A stretch of DNA of 50,729 nucleotides from Chloroflexota bacterium (GCA_031407755.1 JANOIS010000033.1:1-50729); one strand, 5' to 3'. Shown: positions 1-8,913, numbered from the stretch's first letter. Notes: generated from the sequence alone by a model not told the origin. Numbers and translations are program-made.

Positions 1-55
1 GCGCAAGCGTGACGGCAAGCGCGTCCGCTGGGAGCCGACCCGCTAGCATCCGGTC

Positions 56-844
56 ATGCTCGACCGACCCGACCCCGCCACGGCCGCCGCGCTGGCCCGC
101 CTGTACGACCTCGACCTCGACGACGACCCGGGCGATCTGGACCTGTACCTCGCCCTCGCCGAGCGCGCCGATGGTCGGGTCCTGGAACTGGCCGCCGGCA
201 GTGGTCGACTGGCCATCCCCCTGGCGCTCGCGGGCCATCCCGTGACGGCCGTCGATCTGGATCCGGCGATGCTCGACCGCGGCCGGCGTCACGCGACCGC
301 GGCCGGCCTCCCAGCGGATCGTCTGAGCTTCATCGAAGCCGACCTGATCGACCTCGAGCTGCCTGCCGGCAACTCCTTCGCGTTCGCCTTCATCGCACTG
401 AATTCGATGATGCTGCTGGCCACTCGGAACGCCCAGCGCGCAGCGTTTCGGACGCTCGCCGCGCACCTTGCGCCGGGCGGCTTGGCCGCCGTCGACGTCT
501 GGCTGCCGGACGCGGAGGACCTCGGTCGGTTCGATGGCCGGGTCTACCTTGAGTGGCCGCGGACGGATCCCGACAGCGGGGCCGTCGTGACCAAATCCGG
601 CTCCGCCCAGCACGATGCCGCCACCAATACGGTCGAGTTGACCGCGATCTACGAGGAGGGCCTGCAGGGCGAGCCGGCCCGCCGCTGGATCCGACACGAC
701 CGATTGCGGCTCATCTCCCCGGACGACCTGGCGGCCTTCGCCGAGGATGCCGGACTGCGCGTCGAGACCATCGCCGGGGGCTACGACCTCGGGGCCATCG
801 GCCCGGGTTCGGACCGCGCCGTGCTCATCGCTGTGCGCCTGTAG
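56..844 (+). CDS. Class I SAM-dependent methyltransferase
   Basis: 262-aa ORF. SAM-binding motif I (VLELAAGSGRLAIPLA) is followed by an acidic loop (VTAVDLD), typical of Rossmann-fold methyltransferases. ATG 56 lies 6 nt after a TAGCAT -10-like hexamer. Confidence 0.8.
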   Translation: MLDRPDPATAAALARLYDLDLDDDPGDLDLYLALAERADGRVLELAAGSGRLAIPLALAGHPVTAVDLDPAMLDRGRRHATAAGLPADRLSFIEADLIDLELPAGNSFAFAFIALNSMMLLATRNAQRAAFRTLAAHLAPGGLAAVDVWLPDAEDLGRFDGRVYLEWPRTDPDSGAVVTKSGSAQHDAATNTVELTAIYEEGLQGEPARRWIRHDRLRLISPDDLAAFAEDAGLRVETIAGGYDLGAIGPGSDRAVLIAVRL

Positions 845-858
845 GTCCCGCAAGGGGT

Positions 859-885
859 CCCAAGGCACGGACCCGGACCCTTGGG
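859..885 (+). terminator. Possible hairpin after the methyltransferase gene (CCCAAGG / CCTTGGG stem, 13-nt loop)
   Basis: 7-bp perfect inverted repeat at 859-865 and 879-885, immediately after stop codon 842-844. There is no U-tract, so it is weak as an intrinsic terminator. Confidence 0.2.
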
Positions 886-924
886 TGGGTCCCAGCCCGA
901 GTGTCCGTGGTATCGTCGAACCCG

Positions 925-2085
925 ATGTCAGGCAGTTCTCGCACCGACCAGACACGCCTCCTGATCGTCGAGGACGTGCCTCAGGTCGCCCAGTACATTC
1001 GCGGCCTTCTCAACACGCAACAGACGGTGAAGCTCCTCGACGTCATGACGGACGGTGCCACGGCGCTGGCCCAGATCGGACAGCTTCGCCCGGATGTCGT
1101 GCTGATCGACTGGTTGCTCCAGGGCCGGCTCAAGGGCCACAAGCTCGTCGAGCAGATCCACGCCGCGCAGCTCAACGTGCCGGTCATCGTCCTGACCGTG
1201 CCACAGAACCCGGTCGAGACGGACGCCGCCAACGGGATCCACGGGGTGCTGACGATGCCGTTCTCCGGGTTCGACCTGATGAACCGCATCTCGGGAGTCG
1301 TGAAGGAGTTCGCCTCTACGACGTCGGTGACGGCGGCGCGGGTCACGTCGGTCTTCGCTCCCAAGGGTGGTGTCGGCAAGACGACCATCGCCTTCAACCT
1401 GGCCGTTGCCCTCGGACAGCTGGGCCAGCGAACGGTCCTGATCGACGGCAGTGTGCAGTTCGGGGACCTGCGCTCACTGCTCAAGGTACCGATGGACGCG
1501 CCGTCCATCCTGGACCTGCCGACGGACCGCATCGCGGAGTCGGACCTGACCGACGTGCTGTGGCGCGATCCCTCGGGGATCGACATCCTGCTCGCCCCGC
1601 CACGGATCGAGATGGCCGAGATGGTCACGGCGCGGGACGTGGATAAGATCCTGTCGCTGCTGCGCCGGGTCTATTCCTCGATCATCATCGACATGTCCAG
1701 TGCGATCAATGACATCAACCTCGCGTTCCTCGATGCGAGCGACACGATCATCGAGATCGTGACCTACGATTCGACGACGATCCACAACACCATCGCGATG
1801 GCCGACACGTTCCGCTCGATCGGCTACCCGGCGTCAAAGGTTCGCTACCTCGTGAACCGCGCCGACAGCCCCGGCGGCATCGAGCCGGACGACCTCCAGC
1901 GCGCCCTCGGGCGCATCCCGGAGCATCGGGTCGTGTCCGATGGGCAGATCGTGGTCCGGGCCAACAACGAGGGCGTGCCGTTCGTGCTGGCCAGTCCGGG
2001 TGCGCCGGTCAGTCAGGACATCGTGCGGCTCGCCACGGAGTTGCTCGGCGCGACCCGCGTCCCGGTCGGCGCCGGGCAGCGCTAG
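925..2085 (+). CDS. Response-regulator receiver domain fused to a CpaE/MinD/ParA-type ATPase (copy A; receiver lacks the conserved Lys)
   Basis: I place the start at ATG 925 (MSGSSRTDQTRLLIVEDVP), not at 553, because the upstream extension is Arg/Pro-rich non-coding-like sequence. Receiver motifs are EDV, VVLID and VIVLT. The deviant Walker A is FAPKGGVGKTT, followed by a MinD/CpaE-like body. A TATCGT hexamer lies 8 nt upstream of the ATG. Confidence 0.85.
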   Translation: MSGSSRTDQTRLLIVEDVPQVAQYIRGLLNTQQTVKLLDVMTDGATALAQIGQLRPDVVLIDWLLQGRLKGHKLVEQIHAAQLNVPVIVLTVPQNPVETDAANGIHGVLTMPFSGFDLMNRISGVVKEFASTTSVTAARVTSVFAPKGGVGKTTIAFNLAVALGQLGQRTVLIDGSVQFGDLRSLLKVPMDAPSILDLPTDRIAESDLTDVLWRDPSGIDILLAPPRIEMAEMVTARDVDKILSLLRRVYSSIIIDMSSAINDINLAFLDASDTIIEIVTYDSTTIHNTIAMADTFRSIGYPASKVRYLVNRADSPGGIEPDDLQRALGRIPEHRVVSDGQIVVRANNEGVPFVLASPGAPVSQDIVRLATELLGATRVPVGAGQR

Positions 2086-2098
2086 GGTTCGCCCGGAC

Positions 2099-2959
2099 GT
2101 GTCCGATCCGCGCCCGATCGGTGTCTTCGACTCGGGGATCGGTGGACTGACCGTCCTGCGCGAGATCATGCGTCGGTCGCCCCGTGAATCCACGATCTAT
2201 CTCGGCGACAACCTGCGTGCGCCGTACGGGACCCGGTCCGACGAGGAGGTCCTGACGTTCTCCACACAGTCGCTCGATGCGCTCGTCGCGCGCGATGTCA
2301 AGGCGCTGGTCGTGGCCTGCAACACGTCCACCGCCGTGGGCATCGGGGCGTTTCGGCGGCGCTACGCCCTGCCCGTACTCGGCGTCATCCGGCCCGGGGC
2401 GTCGGCGGCAGCCCTGGCCACCCGTAACCGTCGCATCGGGGTGATCGCGACCCCGGCGACCATCCGGTCACATGCCTACTTCGGGGCGATCAAGGACGAG
2501 AACCCCGCGGTCGAGGTCTACGAGCATGCGACCCCGACGCTCGTCCCGATGGTCGAGGCTGGGGTCCTGAGCGGTCCAGAGGCCGAGGCGACGGTCGCGG
2601 AAGCGCTGGCGGCGCTGCTTGGCGAGCGAGACGCGGACGGTGAATCGATCTTCCCGCGACCACCCGGCGCCTCGATCGACACGCTGCTGCTCGGATGCAC
2701 GCACTATCCGCTCCTGGGGCCGATCATCGCGGCGCTCGCCGGGGATCGAGTCGCGATCGTCGATTCGGCGACCGCCACTGCCTCCGCCCTGGCCGAGCTG
2801 TTGAGCGTCAACGGTCTCGAAGCCCCGACCACCGCCGATCCGACCCATCGACAGCTCACGACGGGCGACCCTGAGCGCTTCGCCGAACTCGGCGCGCGGC
2901 TATTCGGTTCGAGTTTTCCCGATGTCGCTGCCGTGGAACTCGGCGGGCTTGCCCCGTGA
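2099..2959 (+). CDS. murI: Glutamate racemase
   Basis: PIGVFDSGIGGLTVLREI, VVACNTSTA and LGCTHYP are the hallmark MurI motifs, including both catalytic Cys regions. GTG 2099 is the first in-frame start after the upstream stop at 2085. Confidence 0.92.
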   Translation: MSDPRPIGVFDSGIGGLTVLREIMRRSPRESTIYLGDNLRAPYGTRSDEEVLTFSTQSLDALVARDVKALVVACNTSTAVGIGAFRRRYALPVLGVIRPGASAAALATRNRRIGVIATPATIRSHAYFGAIKDENPAVEVYEHATPTLVPMVEAGVLSGPEAEATVAEALAALLGERDADGESIFPRPPGASIDTLLLGCTHYPLLGPIIAALAGDRVAIVDSATATASALAELLSVNGLEAPTTADPTHRQLTTGDPERFAELGARLFGSSFPDVAAVELGGLAP

Positions 2960-4158
2960 GCCGCCGGGCCACGGGCTCGTCGTGGCGTGCCGATCACGCG
3001 TGGCAGGCTGGCGTCCTGATCGGGTCCGCGCTGGGCGCGGCGGTGACGGTGGCCAGCCGACGGATGGAACGCACCGTGCGCGGCGGCTTGATCGACTGGC
3101 CGGCCGTCGAGCGGGTCGCGATCGCCAGACTGGAACGGCTTCCGGGGCGTCTGGACGCGGCCGAGCTGCGGTCCACGGAGTCCGCCTACAACGAGGCGAT
3201 GACCCGTATCGTGCCGGCGCTGACCGCGGCCCTCGGCTCGGAACTGCCGGGCGTGGTCGAGCGGGCGTCGGTGGTCGATCGGGCCGGCTGGGTCCGAGCC
3301 AACACGTCGACGTTCGCGTCGCTGATCGGTCGCCTCGAAGGCGACTTGCTGGACCAGATGATGCCAGTCGGCGGTGGCTTCGCCAAGGCCACGATGGCCC
3401 TGGCGAATCGATGGATCACGACCCGTCAGCTCGGCTACCTCCTGGGATTCATGGGCGGCCGGGTGCTGGGACAGTACGACCTCGCCCTGCTGTCCGCGGA
3501 GGCTGCGCCGGGCCGCCTCCTGTTCGTCGAGGAGAACATCCGTCAGACGGCGCGGGTCCTCGGCGTGCCGCTTGGATCGTTCCGCACGTGGATCGCGCTT
3601 CATGAGACGACCCACGCCTTCGAATTCGAGGCGCATCCGTGGCTGCGACCGTACCTCGCCGCGCGCCTGGAGCGCCAGCTGAGCCTGGTCGGGAGTGACG
3701 TGGGCGGGATGGGCCGCGACGCGCTGCGCGGTCTGGGACGAGCGCTCCGCGGTGAGGGCGGCGGCGAGCATTGGATGGAGCGACTGATGGGCGAGGAACA
3801 GCGAGCCCTGTTCCGCGAGACCCAGGCGGTCATGAGTCTGCTCGAGGGCTTCAGCGACTACATCATGGATGAGGTCGGGCGCGATCTCGTCCCGGACGTC
3901 CAGCGGATCAGTACCCGCTTCCACTCACGCCGCTCACGGCGGACCACGTTCGAGCGCGCGATGCTGCGGCTGACCGGCATGGATCTCAAGCTGGAGCAGT
4001 ACAAGAAGGGCGAGGTCTTCGTCCGGGCGATCGCCGACGCTCGCGGACCGACCGCGCTCACTCGATTGTGGGAAGGTCCGGCGACCCTGCCACGAGACGG
4101 CGAGATCGAGCGGCCGGAACGCTGGATCGCGCGCGTCCTCGACGGGTCGTCCCCATGA
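2956..4158 (+). CDS. Zinc-dependent metalloprotease, DUF2342 / zincin-like family
   Basis: 400-aa ORF with HETTHAFEF (HExxH). Overall it resembles the actinobacterial F420-associated putative hydrolase family. GTG 2956 overlaps the murI stop (GTGA). Confidence 0.7.
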   Translation: MSRRATGSSWRADHAWQAGVLIGSALGAAVTVASRRMERTVRGGLIDWPAVERVAIARLERLPGRLDAAELRSTESAYNEAMTRIVPALTAALGSELPGVVERASVVDRAGWVRANTSTFASLIGRLEGDLLDQMMPVGGGFAKATMALANRWITTRQLGYLLGFMGGRVLGQYDLALLSAEAAPGRLLFVEENIRQTARVLGVPLGSFRTWIALHETTHAFEFEAHPWLRPYLAARLERQLSLVGSDVGGMGRDALRGLGRALRGEGGGEHWMERLMGEEQRALFRETQAVMSLLEGFSDYIMDEVGRDLVPDVQRISTRFHSRRSRRTTFERAMLRLTGMDLKLEQYKKGEVFVRAIADARGPTALTRLWEGPATLPRDGEIERPERWIARVLDGSSP

Positions 4159-5234
4159 CGAGCGCCAGTCCCGTTCCCGGTCGCGGTCCACGCGGCGCCC
4201 CGACCGCGATCGCCCTCAGCCCCATCCTGTCCGCTCGTTACCGATCGCGCGATCTCGAACGGATCCGCGCCGCGGCGCCGGGTGCTCGGTTGGTGACGGT
4301 GTCGGTCGATGGCCACGCCGACGGTCCCGTCGATGATGTCGAGGTCATGCTGCGTGGTTGGCTGAGTTCGGAGGCGTTCGATCGGTTGCTGACGCGCGCG
4401 CCGCATCTCGCCTGGGTCCACTCAGCCACGTCGGGCGTGGAGCGCGCCCTGACACCGGCGGCGCTGGAGCGGGGCCTCGTCGTGACCAATGCGCGTGGGG
4501 TGTTCAGCCGGCCCATCGCCGAATACGTCCTGATGATGATCCTGTCCGTGAGCCGTCGGCTGCCGCAGCTGCTGGAGCTCCAGCGCGAGCGGACGTGGCA
4601 ACCGCTGGAGGGCGTGGAACTGCGCGACGTGACCGTGGGCATCGTGGGGCTCGGCTCGATCGGTCGAGCCGTCGGGGCGCTGGCCACCGGGTTTGGGTGC
4701 CGGGTGGTCGCCATCCGGCGTCGTCCGGATGCCGAGACGGGTGGCGCCGACGAGGCCGGCGATGGCAGCGTCGTTGACGACGAGCCGATCCGCTCGTTCG
4801 GGTCGGCCATGCTGTCCCGGGTCGGTGGGCCGGAAACGCTTCCCGAACTTCTTGGGGAGTCCGATTTCATCGTGCTCGCAGCGCCCCTCACGCCCGATAC
4901 GGAGGACATGATCAACGACGAGACACTGGCCATGGTCAAGCCCGGGGCGTGGCTCATCAATGTGGCCCGCGGCCGACTCATCGATGAGCGGGCGCTCATC
5001 CGGGCGCTCCGCGACGGTCCCCTGGGCGGTGCGGTGCTCGACACCTTCCGCGATCAACCGCTCCCGTCCGTGTCGCCGTTCTACGACCTCCCCAACGTCA
5101 TCGTCACGCCCCACACGGCGTGGTCCAGCGGGCGGGTCCTGGACCGCAGTGTGGAGCTGTTCTGTGACAACCTGCGCCGGTTCGCCGCCGGGGAGCCGCT
5201 GCTCAACGTGGTGGACCCGACCGCCGGATATTGA
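4155..5234 (+). CDS. D-isomer-specific 2-hydroxyacid dehydrogenase family protein
   Basis: NAD-binding motif GIVGLGSIGRAV, plus NVARGRLIDE and VTPHTAWSS catalytic-region motifs. ATG 4155 overlaps the upstream stop (ATGA). Confidence 0.88.
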   Translation: MTSASPVPGRGPRGAPTAIALSPILSARYRSRDLERIRAAAPGARLVTVSVDGHADGPVDDVEVMLRGWLSSEAFDRLLTRAPHLAWVHSATSGVERALTPAALERGLVVTNARGVFSRPIAEYVLMMILSVSRRLPQLLELQRERTWQPLEGVELRDVTVGIVGLGSIGRAVGALATGFGCRVVAIRRRPDAETGGADEAGDGSVVDDEPIRSFGSAMLSRVGGPETLPELLGESDFIVLAAPLTPDTEDMINDETLAMVKPGAWLINVARGRLIDERALIRALRDGPLGGAVLDTFRDQPLPSVSPFYDLPNVIVTPHTAWSSGRVLDRSVELFCDNLRRFAAGEPLLNVVDPTAGY

Positions 5235-5286
5235 TGCCGTGTGGCATCACACGAATCGCGTCGTAACACGCCGAGGCTCGTGCGGC

Positions 5287-5292
5287 TACGAT
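5287..5292 (+). promoter_or_regulatory. -10-like hexamer TACGAT, 7 nt upstream of the ychF ATG (leaderless candidate)
   Basis: The sequence reads TACGAT-cgaacgc-ATG, with no Shine-Dalgarno between them. Confidence 0.35.
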
Positions 5293-5299
5293 CGAACGC

Positions 5300-6403
5300 A
5301 TGCAGATCGCCATCGTCGGGCTTGCCGGAAGCGGCAAGTCGACCGTCTTCAATACCCTGACCCGCGGCCATGCCGAGACCGGTGGGTACGGCGGGGTCAC
5401 CCTCAATATCGGGGTCGTCAAGGTTCCCGATGAACGGCTCGATCGCCTGGCCGAGATCTTCAAGCCGAAGAAGATCATCCAGGCCGATGTGACCTATGTG
5501 GACATGCCAGCCCCGCCCGCCTCGACCGAGGGTCATATCGGCACGGAGGAGCTGCCAGCCGATCACCTCGCGCGGCTTCGGGACTCGGACGCGCTGCTCC
5601 ACGTGGTTCGCGCGTTCGACGATCCGGCCAATCCCCATGCCGCCGGCAGCACGGACGCCGCGCGCGACATCGAACAGCTGGACCTCGAGTTCACCCTGGC
5701 GGATCTGGCGATGGCCGAACGTCGTCTGGAGCGGCTCAAAGGCACAGGCCGTCACGGCACTCAGGCGGAGCGGGAGGCCAACGAGCGCGAGGAGGTCGTT
5801 CTGCGCCGGATCCACGAGGGCCTGGAGGCCGGTACGCCGATCCGCGACCTCGGGCTCGACGCGGATGAGGCCAAGGCCATCCGTGGCTTCCGCTTCCTGA
5901 CCGAGAAGCCGGTCCTGGTGCTGCTCAACGTCGGGGAAGGCGACCTTGGCACCTCCCCAGGGCTCGTCGAGCGGATCGCCAGCGCCTATGTGCACGAGGC
6001 GGCGATGGTCGACGCCCTCTCGGCCAAGATCGAGATGGAGCTCGGAGAACTCGAGCCGGACGAGGCCGCGGTGTTCATGGAGGAACTCGGCATCGCCGAG
6101 TCAAGCCTCGGTCGGGTCATCGCGCTGTCGTATCGATTGCTCGGGCTCGTCTCGTTCCTGACCGCCGGCCCCGACGAAGTTCGGGCCTGGCCGATCCCGG
6201 ATGGGTCGACGGCAGTCGAAGCGGCAGGAGCGATCCACTCGGACCTCGCTCGGGGCTTCATCCGGGCGGAAACCGTGGCCTACGAGGACCTGCTCCGGCT
6301 CGGCTCGATGGGCGAAGCGAAGAAGGCCGGGCGTCTGCGCTCGGAGGGCAAGACCTATCGGGTCAAGGACGGGGACGTGCTCGAAATCCTGTTCAGCCGC
6401 TGA
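5300..6403 (+). CDS. ychF: Redox-regulated / ribosome-binding ATPase YchF
   Basis: N-terminal G1 motif IVGLAGSGKSTVFNTLT, a coiled-coil insert and a C-terminal TGS-like YRVKDGDVLEILF. Length of 367 aa is typical. Confidence 0.93.
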   Translation: MQIAIVGLAGSGKSTVFNTLTRGHAETGGYGGVTLNIGVVKVPDERLDRLAEIFKPKKIIQADVTYVDMPAPPASTEGHIGTEELPADHLARLRDSDALLHVVRAFDDPANPHAAGSTDAARDIEQLDLEFTLADLAMAERRLERLKGTGRHGTQAEREANEREEVVLRRIHEGLEAGTPIRDLGLDADEAKAIRGFRFLTEKPVLVLLNVGEGDLGTSPGLVERIASAYVHEAAMVDALSAKIEMELGELEPDEAAVFMEELGIAESSLGRVIALSYRLLGLVSFLTAGPDEVRAWPIPDGSTAVEAAGAIHSDLARGFIRAETVAYEDLLRLGSMGEAKKAGRLRSEGKTYRVKDGDVLEILFSR

Positions 6404-6427
6404 TCCGGCCAGAATCGAGCGAGCGCG

Positions 6428-6835
6428 TCAGTTGGAGCGACGCTCTCGCTCGGCATCCAGATCGAAATCGACCTCGGTGAGGATCGTCCGGAAGTCGCCG
6501 CGCGGCTCTTCGTCATCATCATCATCATCGTCATCATCATCATCGAACACGCCGACATTGGCGTCGAGATCGGCCAGGAAGTTGTCCGCCTCCAGCGTCG
6601 AGACGTTGACCGCGGCGCGCAATCGGTCATCGCTGACGAAGATAAAGCCGTGGTCGCGGTCGAGGACCGTGGCGATCGCCTCGATCAGCGAGCCCTGATC
6701 GTAGCCGTCCTGGAGATCGCGTCGGATGCGCTGCACCAGCTGAAAGAACTCGTCCGGTTCCCACTCCGATTCGCTGACGACGAGGGCGTCCGAGTAGACC
6801 TCGTCATCGCCCTCGTGCAATTCGTAGAAGAACAC
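6428..6835 (-). CDS. Hypothetical highly acidic protein with an 11-residue poly-Asp tract
   Basis: The minus-strand ORF has coding-like composition from VFFYELHEGDDEVYSD onward. GTG 6835 is preceded by GGAG at a 7-nt spacing. The longer version to 7138 would overlap the PfkB gene and looks non-coding. I recognise no family. Confidence 0.5.
   Translation of the reverse strand: MFFYELHEGDDEVYSDALVVSESEWEPDEFFQLVQRIRRDLQDGYDQGSLIEAIATVLDRDHGFIFVSDDRLRAAVNVSTLEADNFLADLDANVGVFDDDDDDDDDDDEEPRGDFRTILTEVDFDLDAERERRSN
6512..6544 (-). repeat. In-frame (GAT/GAC)11 trinucleotide tract encoding poly-Asp
   Basis: The plus strand reads gtc(atc)5gtc(atc)4, a near-perfect triplet microsatellite inside CDS 6428-6835. 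Confidence 0.9.
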
Positions 6836-6886
6836 CGTGCTCGCTCCATTCGGCGTGGGGTCGGGCAGTATACGCCCGGAGGTGGC

Positions 6887-7888
6887 ATGGTCCGATCGAT
6901 CATCGACGTCGTCCACGTTGGCTCGGCATCGCGCGATATCGCCCTCGACGATCCACGTGGTTGGCGGCTCGGCGGCGGCGTCACGTACGCCGCACTGACG
7001 ACGGCCCGGCTCGGCCTGCGGACCGCGGCGATCATCGGAGTCGATGCGGAGGCGGCTCGAGCCAGCGAGCTCGATCTGCTGCGCGGGGCAGGTGTCGACC
7101 TGCTCCTCGTGCCCCTCCCGGAGAGCCCGGTCTTTCACAACAGGGAGACCGCGGGCGGTCGCGTCCAGGTCGTCGTGGCGACCGGCGTCCCGTTGGAGCC
7201 ACTCCCGGTGCCCGAGTCGTGGTTGTCCGCGCCGGGCTGGTCACTGGTCCCGGTCGCGGGCGAGGTCGGGGACGCGTGGGTGGAGCACCTTCCGGACCAC
7301 GCGATCGTGGCCGTCGGATGGCAGGGACTGTTGCGCACCCTCGTGGCGGGCGAACGCGTGGAGCGTCGCTCGCCCTGGCCGAGTCGGCTGCTCCGTCGGG
7401 CCGACCTCGTTGGCGTCAGCCATCACGACGTGGTGCCGTCGACCCGCCTGACGGACCTCGCGGACTTCCTGGCGCCGGGTGCCCGCCTGCTCGTCACCCG
7501 GGGCGACCTCGGTGGCCTGCTTGTGACCGCAGGCAGATCCGGTGCGATGCAGGTGCTTCGCTACCTGCCCACGCGAACGGATCGCGAGACGGACCCGACC
7601 GGGGCCGGCGACACGTTCCTTGCGGCCCTCCTGGCGACGGCGGTGCGCCCGAGCGTCACCCGTCCGCGGATCCGCATGTCAGACGGCTCCGACCTGCGGT
7701 TCGCGGCAGCCGCAGGATCGCTCGCGGTCGAAGGCATCGGGCTGGCCGGCGTACCCGACCTGCCGGCTGTGCTGCGGCGGCGTGGCCGCGAACGGATTCG
7801 CCGGGCGATCCTGCCGAGTGCCGATGCCTGGGTCGGGGCGGTTCCGGAGCGCTCGGCGAAGGAGGATCCGGGGACGGACGGACGCTAG
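6887..7888 (+). CDS. PfkB-family carbohydrate kinase
   Basis: Start at ATG 6887, preceded by GGAGGTGG. The C-terminal PfkB signature DPTGAGDTFLAALLA is present. Substrate is unknown. It could be the iolC-like kinase of the neighbouring inositol locus, but this is unproven. Confidence 0.8.
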   Translation: MVRSIIDVVHVGSASRDIALDDPRGWRLGGGVTYAALTTARLGLRTAAIIGVDAEAARASELDLLRGAGVDLLLVPLPESPVFHNRETAGGRVQVVVATGVPLEPLPVPESWLSAPGWSLVPVAGEVGDAWVEHLPDHAIVAVGWQGLLRTLVAGERVERRSPWPSRLLRRADLVGVSHHDVVPSTRLTDLADFLAPGARLLVTRGDLGGLLVTAGRSGAMQVLRYLPTRTDRETDPTGAGDTFLAALLATAVRPSVTRPRIRMSDGSDLRFAAAAGSLAVEGIGLAGVPDLPAVLRRRGRERIRRAILPSADAWVGAVPERSAKEDPGTDGR

Positions 7889-8913
7889 ACGTCAGCCGTC
7901 GGATCGACTGCCGGACCGCTAGAACCCCGCACGACGAGCCTGACCGGCAGGCGCACCGATGCAGCTGCCCCGGGCTCATCCCCGGAGCGCAGGCGACGGG
8001 CCATCTGCGCGACGGCCCAGCGCCCCATCTCGACGGTGCCCTGGGCGATCGTCGTCAGCGGCGGCTCGACGTACGCGGCGAAAGCGACGTCGTCAAACCC
8101 GACGACGCTGACGTCGACCGGGACCCGGCGCCCGCGCTGCCGGAGGGCCCGCAACGCGCCGATCGCCATCAGGTCGTTGTAGGCGACGATCGCGCTGACG
8201 TCGGGTGCCCGATCGAGCATCTCGAGCATCGCGGTCTCGCCTCCGCCGACGAGTGGTTCGCCGGTCGTGACCGTGGGCGCCCCGTCGCCCAGGCCAGCGT
8301 CGGCGAGCGCCGCTCGGACGCCCGCCAATCGGTCTGGACCGTCGACATTGCGCGGCGGTGCCATGAGGTAGCCGAAGCGCCGATGCCCGAGTCCCAGCAG
8401 GTGCTCGACCGCCAGCCGGCCGCCGGCATGATTGTCCGACGTGATCGACGGCAGGTCCACATCAGGGGCCGCCGTGTTCACGAGTACCACCGGGAGTCGC
8501 GGCGCGGTGAGCCATTCGAGGTGGCGGACTCCCAGGCTGCTCGCCGCGATGATCAGGCCGTCGACCCGACGTTCCGCGAGCAGCTCGAGGTAGAAGACCT
8601 CGCGCTCCGGGTCATTCGCGGCGTTGCACAGGAGGATGGAGTAACCCTCGGCGCGGGCGGCGTCCTCGACCGAGCGAACGAGCTGCGGGAAATACGGGTT
8701 CTCGATATCCGTGACGATCAGGCCCAGGGTCTGCGTCGAGCGACGTTTGAGGGCGCGCGCGATCTCCGACGGCCGGTAATCGAGTTCGCGCGTTGCGTCG
8801 AGCACGCGTCGCTGGGTGTCGGCCCTCGCTCCGCCCAGTCCGGCCAGCACGCGGCTGACCGTCGCGGTCGAGACCCCGGCTGCGCGGGCGACATCGGCGA
8901 TGGTCGCGGTCAC
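7885..8913 (-). CDS. LacI-family transcriptional regulator
   Basis: GTG 8913 gives the N-terminus VTATIADVARAAGVSTATVSRVLAG, the canonical LacI helix-turn-helix. A periplasmic-binding-fold body follows (VDGLIIAAS, YNDLMAIGALRAL, VVGFDD). Confidence 0.9.
   Translation of the reverse strand: MTATIADVARAAGVSTATVSRVLAGLGGARADTQRRVLDATRELDYRPSEIARALKRRSTQTLGLIVTDIENPYFPQLVRSVEDAARAEGYSILLCNAANDPEREVFYLELLAERRVDGLIIAASSLGVRHLEWLTAPRLPVVLVNTAAPDVDLPSITSDNHAGGRLAVEHLLGLGHRRFGYLMAPPRNVDGPDRLAGVRAALADAGLGDGAPTVTTGEPLVGGGETAMLEMLDRAPDVSAIVAYNDLMAIGALRALRQRGRRVPVDVSVVGFDDVAFAAYVEPPLTTIAQGTVEMGRWAVAQMARRLRSGDEPGAAASVRLPVRLVVRGSSGPAVDPTADV

Noticed and set aside
553-924. N-terminal 124-codon extension of the receiver-CpaE ORF (track ORF 553-2085)
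   Set aside because: The extension is Arg/Pro/Gly-rich and overlaps the methyltransferase gene in another frame. Recognisable receiver sequence starts at ATG 925, which also has a -10-like box just upstream.
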